A stretch of DNA of 64,000 nucleotides from Octopus vulgaris. Lineage: Eukaryota. Made by a program: the position numbers and the translations under genes. Shown here one piece after another: positions 57,451-64,000 of this stretch (position 1 is its first letter; each line of letters begins with the position of its first letter). The notes beneath the pieces are model-generated. The model saw nothing but the letters and a program-made list of their open reading frames with translations, was not told where the DNA came from and did no database searches. The DNA lies in assembly GCA_951406725.2 (NCBI GenBank), contig OX597826.1, positions 42,408,001 through 42,472,000 on the forward strand, given 5' to 3'.

Positions 57451-57991
57451 ATGCCCTGATGCGGTACCAGGCAGTGGCTCTCGTGGCTTCTTATCTTAAC
57501 TGATTGGAAGTGTTATCATGTACATTGTTTTGTCTTAGTATAAAAGATGGGCTACAGCAAATATTCTGCTCAATACCACAGATTTGCTTGTCAGTTGTTT
57601 GACCATAACCACTTGACCAGGACGATATGTGCATCTCTGATCACGAACAGAAGTAGTGGGGGAGCATCATAGCCATATGTTGAGAGGGATTCGTTAGGGT
57701 TTGAATAATTCAACCCTGGAAACATGGGTGTTTCGTTCAACATCCTTAAACAACCCTTATTCAGGGATTTTTTGGGCGGGATGGGCTACTCGACCAGAAG
57801 AAAATTTTAACTGGGCCCCAACTGCAAGGCCATGCGCTGTTTATCTTGATATGAGATCATCATGTCACGCACATATGGTTGTGATGCATGTGCCTAGTGT
57901 ACCCTTATCAGACGGGTAGTCGTGATGGGTATACGGGCTTCGTATATTTTTCCCCAGTGTCACTTTGATGGCATGCACTGCTCTCTCACTC
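57451..57991. other. Unclassified ~540-bp higher-complexity segment bounded by (TTA)n and (AAT)n
   Basis: Sharp microsatellite boundaries and higher GC than the flanks; no convincing ORF; single copy in this window. Confidence 0.4.
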
Positions 57992-58182
57992 AATAATAAT
58001 AATATTAATAATGGTTTCAAATATTGGCATAAGGCCAGCAATTTCGGGGGAGGGGTTAAGTCAATTACATCGACCCTAGAGCTTGATTGCTACTTATCTA
58101 TCGATCCCCCGAGAGAATGAAGGGCAAAGTTGACCGCTAATTATCTATGTCTGTCGTGTTAACGATTCTACTAGCCCACCGC

Positions 58183-58510
58183 AAGAAGAAGAAGAAGAAG
58201 AAGAAGAAGAAGAAGAAGAAGAAGAAGAAGAAGAAGAAGAAGAAGAAGAAGAAGAAGAAGAAGAAGAAGAAGAAGAGGAGGAGGAGGCAGAAGAAGAAGA
58301 AGAAGAAGAAGAAGAAGAAGAGGAGGAGAAGAAGAAGAAGAAGAAGAAGAAGAAGAAGAAGAAAAAGAAGAAGAAGAAGAAGAAGAAGAAGAGGAGGAGG
58401 AGGCAGAAGAGGAAGAAGAAGAAGAAGAAGAAGAAGAAGAAGAAAAAGAAGAAGAAGAAGAAGAAGAAGAAGAAGAAGAAGAAGAAGAAGAAGAAGAAGA
58501 AGAAGAAGAA
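58183..58510. repeat. (AAG)n/(GAG)n trinucleotide array
   Basis: Direct reading. Confidence 0.95.
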
Positions 58511-59219
58511 TGATCGTCCCACTTTCTTTCTTCGACCAAATACCTCCGAGATTGACTTTACATTCTTCCCAGATCGATAAGAATAACGGAAAGTTAATTC
58601 TTAGAGCCGAGCAAGCTAATATGTCGCCTATCGAGCAGCCATGTGTTAATGTTAGATATATATCGTATAGTTGATCTTTTATTTTGTTATCGATATCGCT
58701 GTCGTTGAATTTATGATGAGAAGGGTTTTGTGTGTATGTGTGTGTGCGTGTGCGCGTGTGTGTGTGCGTGCGCGCGCATGTGTGTGTGCGTATGCGCGCG
58801 CACGTATGTCTATGTGTGTTCAAAGCCTCCTTGAAGTCCCTTGTTAATTAACATCAAAATGATTTCTGATCACACAGACAGTTAATCAAATGAGATTTTG
58901 CCAAAGATGACGTTGATTATTTGTTGTTTTCATTCCAACGACAATAAGCTTTTCAAAGCTGATTGTTCAGGCAATATTATTCAGTAATTCAAGTAATTCT
59001 TTAGGGCTGGTTGTTTAGAAAATGTAATAAAATTTGTAGTAACTCTTTAGACTATACTATTTCGAATGTACTTTCTAGAAGGTACTTTTCAGAAGATACA
59101 TTATAGATCGTACTGTAAATACTAAGCCAATATCTTTCAGAATATGTAATACACCATTGACAAGCAACTTGAAAGCTTCTTGCTTTGTGTGACTCACCAT
59201 ACGACAAACTGATATATTG

Positions 59220-59650
59220 ATTTCAAATGTTGGCACACGGTCAGTAAGTTCGAGGGTGGGAGTAAGTCGATTACATTGACTCTACTGTTCAACTGATACT
59301 TATTTTATCGACCCCGAAAGGATGACTGTCAAAGTCAAACTTCGGCGGAATTTGAACTCAGAACATAGAGACAGACGAAATGCTGCTAGGCATTTTGCCC
59401 GGCGCGCTAACGATTCTTATTTCATTACTGCCCACAAGGGGATACTCACAGAGGGGACAAACAAGGACAGACAAACGGATTAAGTCGATTATATCGACCC
59501 CAGTGCGTAACTGGTACTTATTTAATCGACCCCGAAAGGATGAAAGGCAAAGTCGACCTCGGCGGAATTTGAACTCAGAACGTAACGGCAGACGAAATAC
59601 CGCTAAGCATTTCGCCCGACGTGCTAACGTTTCTGCCAGCTCACCACCTA
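59220..59650 (-). mobile_element. Two abutting SINE family B copies (older 59220-59416, younger 59417-59650)
   Basis: Similarity to 7983-8217; further diverged copies at 53820-53985, 58012-58183, 60500-60690, 61230-61445. Confidence 0.88.
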
Positions 59651-61719
59651 AGAACATGCTAATTTACTTATTTCTGAAAGTTGCCAATTTGGTTTTTTCA
59701 AGAACCAAATTGTTGTTTGCTGTGACACATCAGGATAAACTAACAGTGTATATACTTTCTTCCTGAACAGTCGACAGTCGATTCTTCATTAAAGCTATTG
59801 TTCATTATCTCTCGAAAGTACTCGATGACTTAGTTCTCTAACCTGTACATAGATACTAACGACAGAACACATAGCAAAAGATGGCGTTGACACTGAATGA
59901 TAATGAATTTTCAGTCATTATTTTCTTATATCAGTAACGACAAATTTTGTCTTAGCATACAGCAGCTGCCAATGGGCACATGCTAATGACAAATCCCCAG
60001 AAGGCAGAAATTCGCATCTAGAATTTCCATCTAGCATGTCTGCTACTGGACAATTTTCATCTGCGGTTGGTATATTTTGCATCATTTAACGCACGAAGTC
60101 CAAAAGTGATATTATCTCCGAACGAATATAATTCTGCTTGCCAGGATGCACTTGTGTTCAGCATGATACAAAAATTGCTATTTTAATTAATGACTATTTT
60201 AGTTTTATGATGTAAAATTCAAGTTATGTTATCGATATTTTACTTATTATTCTTTATTTCTTTACTGAAGTTGGATGGACCATCATGAAAGCTATACTAA
60301 AATCCAGAATCCAATGATATTTCTTCGAAGTGCCTGTGACCCGAAACGTCAGTTTTTTTGTTTCTTTCTCTTTTTGTTTTTTGTTTTTCTTTTTGGCGGG
60401 TGTCTCAATCCTTCACGGCAACCGAATTTAATGACATTCAACAAACTCTCAATAAGAGTTTAAGATCTTGTTTTTAAAGTTTAATATGTTAGAGTCGACT
60501 AAGACAGCGAGCTGGCAGAATCGTTCAAGTTTCTTCCGGCTCTTTACGTTCTGAATGACTATGAGGCCAACTTTACCTTTCGCCCTTTCAAGGTCGATAA
60601 AATAAAGTACCAGCCAAGTACTGGGCTCGATGATATCGACTAGCTTCCTCCCCTGAAAACTGCTGGCCGCGCTCCAAAATCAAAAATCAGTATGTTAAAG
60701 AAATGTCTTTGATCTAAGACTGTATTGAGACAAACATCAACAACTACAATAGCAATTCCAAACTCTTATTCTTTCATGGACCAAATCAGAGGATTTCAAC
60801 GTGGGTGGTACCGTTAAGCTTTAGGGAGTAGTGAGGAAGCGATGAGGTAACATAATTAACACATTAAATTTCTCCTTTAAAAGTAATTATTTTATACATG
60901 ATAAAACTTGTAATGGTTATTAAAATAAAATGAGATCTCATCGGGCACAGGGAAGTCATTAACATGCAATTTATAAAGTAAATTTACAGCTTTTGTCTTT
61001 ATTAATTTATTATTTCACTGTTAAAAGCATATACAATCCATTTTCAGAGTAAAATCTATAAATTATTATCCATGTTGAATTAGTTCAGTCATGACACCTC
61101 ACTCACCACTTAAGTAGACGCTAGGCATAACAAGGAGGTGAGCGCTACAAAAAGAATGGTTAAAAAACACTGGAATAAACGAAGTTGCAATCTTCAGTGG
61201 TTTTCCAACGATACAATGATATACAATATATTGGTTTCCAACTGTGGTACAAGAGAATCGATTTTTGGAGGAAGGTTGAGCGAATTACATCGACCATAGT
61301 GCTAAACTGGTTCTTATTTTATCGACTTCTGAAACGATGAAAGGCAAAGCCGACCTCAGCGGAATTTGAATTCAGAACGTGCAGGGGGACGAAATACCGC
61401 CTAACATTTCGCTCAGCGTGCTAACGATTCTGCCAGCTTACCGCATAAATGAGATACAGCATACTACTTACTACGTGTTGTGGAATAATTATAATGATGA
61501 CATCGCTGCAAAAAAAAAAGGGGGAAAGAGAGAGAGAGAAGACATAGTCTACGTTAACAACGAGGAAGAATTACGTTGAAGCGTTGCAGTACTACCAGTG
61601 ACCCGGGAACAAAATTTGCTTAGGTAGCGCAAACCCAGGTCCAAATCTTTTACGAAAAAAGTGGATTTTTTCAATGTCAACATTAAAACAAATGCAGATA
61701 TAATAATAATTTTTATCAT

Positions 61720-62170
61720 TGTGAGGGTCGGCTGAAATTTTCATACTCTCCTTGAATGTGACAATTATTTAACATAGTTCCTCTTACTGTCCACACTCAT
61801 CCATCAGTAGTTGCAGTGCTTGGATCGCACTGGTGAAGACGCTATCCTGTTGGTCAAAAGAGTCAACAGCAGATAAGAGGTCATGATCACAACAATACTG
61901 ATGCCCAACCGAATGTTTTTTTTTAATGCTGGGAAAATTATGATAATCAGATGGAACCAAATCACTAATATAGGTTAAGTGATCAAACAGATCAAAGCCA
62001 GTCACGCGCAGCAGCCATTGAAATCAAGGATTTGTGTGCTGAAGCATTGTCCTAATGAAACACGACTCCATCAGTTTTCTGGGCGTTTGGTCTTGATAGA
62101 CTTTCTTAATTGCCTTAGCAAGTTGGCATTGAACTTTCCATTGATGGTGTGATCATTTTGAAGATAATAA
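61720..62170 (-). pseudogene. mariner transposase 3' remnant
   Basis: YLQNDHTING...NLLRQLRKSIKTKRP, FH*DNASAHKS, DHLTYISDLVPSDYHNFPSIKK (degenerate HPPYSPDLAPSDY); TIR-like gagggtcggctgaaattttc at ~61723. Confidence 0.8.
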
Positions 62171-62399
62171 AGAATATTTTTAGCATTAACGTATAATATA
62201 TGTAATAATGTGAAGTATATTTTGTATATTAAAATGCTTAATTTCGGAAATATATCAAGCGAAGCAAATATAAGCAATAAAAATTTAAATTTCAAGTATT
62301 TCAAAATGTGGGAAACTACGTGACGAAAACTAACATAAAAGAAGAAAATATCGTAGTGATTGTGTTCCAATGACACCAATAATTCTGTTAACAAAAATA

Positions 62400-63140
62400 C
62401 ATTGGTTCGTCGTACAGCTTGTACATGGTGATGTGGGTGGGATAAACACAAAGCATGCCATCAAATAACTCTGGTGACAATTCTCTCTTCTCTGGCTATC
62501 TCAAAAGAAATTCTGTATTTATAGCCATCGTTGGCTCAGAACAGACTACACATTTTCTGGTCTGGCAAGCATTCTGATTCGACAACGTAAAACATCTAAT
62601 CGGCACGAACGAGTATGATAATGTAAGAACTTGTTGAAAACAGGCAAAATACGCTAATTGACAGCTAAGTCTAGACAGAAAAATAATAAACATAGTACCT
62701 TTATATGCGACATAGAAGAAACAAGTAACCTTAATCTCTACAGCCACCAACCACGGAGCACCAAGTAGCACATATAGAAAATAAGAAAGAAAACATACCC
62801 TCCATCATGGTTACAAGAGATGGCGCACGACAAACATCTACACGCAACGAGCTATAAGGTACTATGCGCTCCGTAGAAATCTTCAACAACTTTGACAATC
62901 TCTTGCACTCTGATACGAACAGAATGATTTAAGACTTTCTCTTGCCACAAATGTATGTTTTGTGTGAGACACCAGAAGGCGCAGCTTCGCGCAGATTATA
63001 TTATAAAATAACCTTGTGATATAAGAGGGACCGCGCGACTCCTTCTTATAATCTAAGGTAGTCTCGCAAGGATATCTTATATACTGGATCAAACAGTCTG
63101 GGTTATTTTTTTCTGTTGTGGCATTCAGCATATCAGCGGC
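62400..63140 (-). pseudogene. Probable piggyBac-type transposase C-terminal relic
   Basis: Scattered minus-strand peptides in the expected order: KNNPDCLIQY, QTRKCVVCS, RRENCHQ, GMLCVYP..YKLY (Cys-rich tail-like). Heavily degenerate; no TIR or TTAA confirmed. Confidence 0.4.
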
Positions 63141-64000
63141 AATGAAGTATCACCAATATGTGTGAAATTCATTCAAGAATTTCTCGTCTAGTCCAGAGAT
63201 TTCTATGTTTTTTCATATTGTCATTATGACGTCATAATATCGGAAACGTTTTCAAGGCCTTCGTTTCAACTAGTTTTCAGTCTCTTTCAACCTTTCGCGG
63301 TGATTAAAGGCTAGGGAATATGTGCGCCGGGGGACGCGCCCGGACACCTGAAGACTAGAGTGAAGTCAGAGTCATCTTCATCCTGTTTTTGGTGTTTGGG
63401 GGATATTTTGAGCAGACCCCCATAAGTGTGCCCTCCACATAATTGTTTCCTCATAGCTGTCAGAAAAGAATTGATATATTTTAAGGAGATACTCAACAAA
63501 TAACTCCCAGATAGCGTACGTTACGACGATATTAGAATTTAATGTAAAAATATAGAAGTCGCGCACACACACACATATATACTGACACATATCACAATTT
63601 TTTTCAAAAATTCAAATTTCCTTATGTGAATATGTTATGTGTGTCAGTATATACGTGTGCACGTACGTGAATTCTTTCTTTTTCTTTTTTTTTTCACATT
63701 GAATTCCGATATAATTGTAATCTACACCATCTGAGAGGTATTTGTGGAAAATTTCATTAAAAATATGCCCATTTTTCTGGAAGTTATCAGGAAACAAAGT
63801 CGAGGACATAATCGTGAGGGTCTGTCGTTTTATGCACCTTTGAGTTCTTAAACACCCTCTGTAACATGCTGGTTGGTACCATAACATAGTTACAAGGTGT
63901 CCGGTATTGTTCCTGAAACCGTATGAGCTCTTAGCCAGGCAATTTCAGGACAGGAAACCTGGAGGTTCCAACCAGAGACGATACTTCATTCTTGATATAA

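Noticed and set aside
58137-58823. Poly-K/R, poly-F/S/L ORFs (protamine-like appearance)
   Set aside because: Pure (AAG)n/(GAG)n array following a SINE; no unique coding context.
58990-59900. piggyBac-like peptides on the minus strand (ERYW..ILLHFLNN; VIEYFRE)
   Set aside because: Very short matches whose order is inconsistent with a single transposase; cannot be supported without an HMM search.
63300-63790. Possible DNA-transposon terminal region (ttaa|aggctaggg...)
   Set aside because: No matching inverted end or second copy within the window.

Overview
AT-rich eukaryotic non-coding DNA, packed with microsatellites. I found no supportable host protein-coding gene. The repeat repertoire (several tRNA-derived SINE families, TTAGGG repeats, extreme (TA)n/(TACA)n/(GATA)n density) suggests a cephalopod such as Octopus; that is an inference, not a database result. 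Nearly all ORF-track entries are translations of microsatellites or SINEs. The real coding remnants all come from transposable elements: Penelope-like elements (PLEs; best preserved is the RT-thumb + GIY-YIG ORF at 27975-28982), restriction-like-endonuclease (R4/Dong-type) LINE 3' ends in (TAA)n and (TACA)n tracts, CR1/RTE 3' ends, a DD37D (maT) and two mariner transposase pseudogenes, and a probable piggyBac relic. Non-autonomous elements include Helitrons, a mariner MITE and four SINE families. The most notable structures are (i) four long fold-back insertions next to (TA)n that carry PLE-type minimal hammerhead ribozyme motifs, one canonical (23.1-23.2 kb) and one with a U3 core variant (32.9 kb); (ii) a 711-bp TIR element with outward-facing telomeric repeats (6418-7128); (iii) a cluster of RLE-LINE ends specifically associated with (TACA)n. 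Coordinates were read by eye and may be off by a few bases, more for degenerate repeats.
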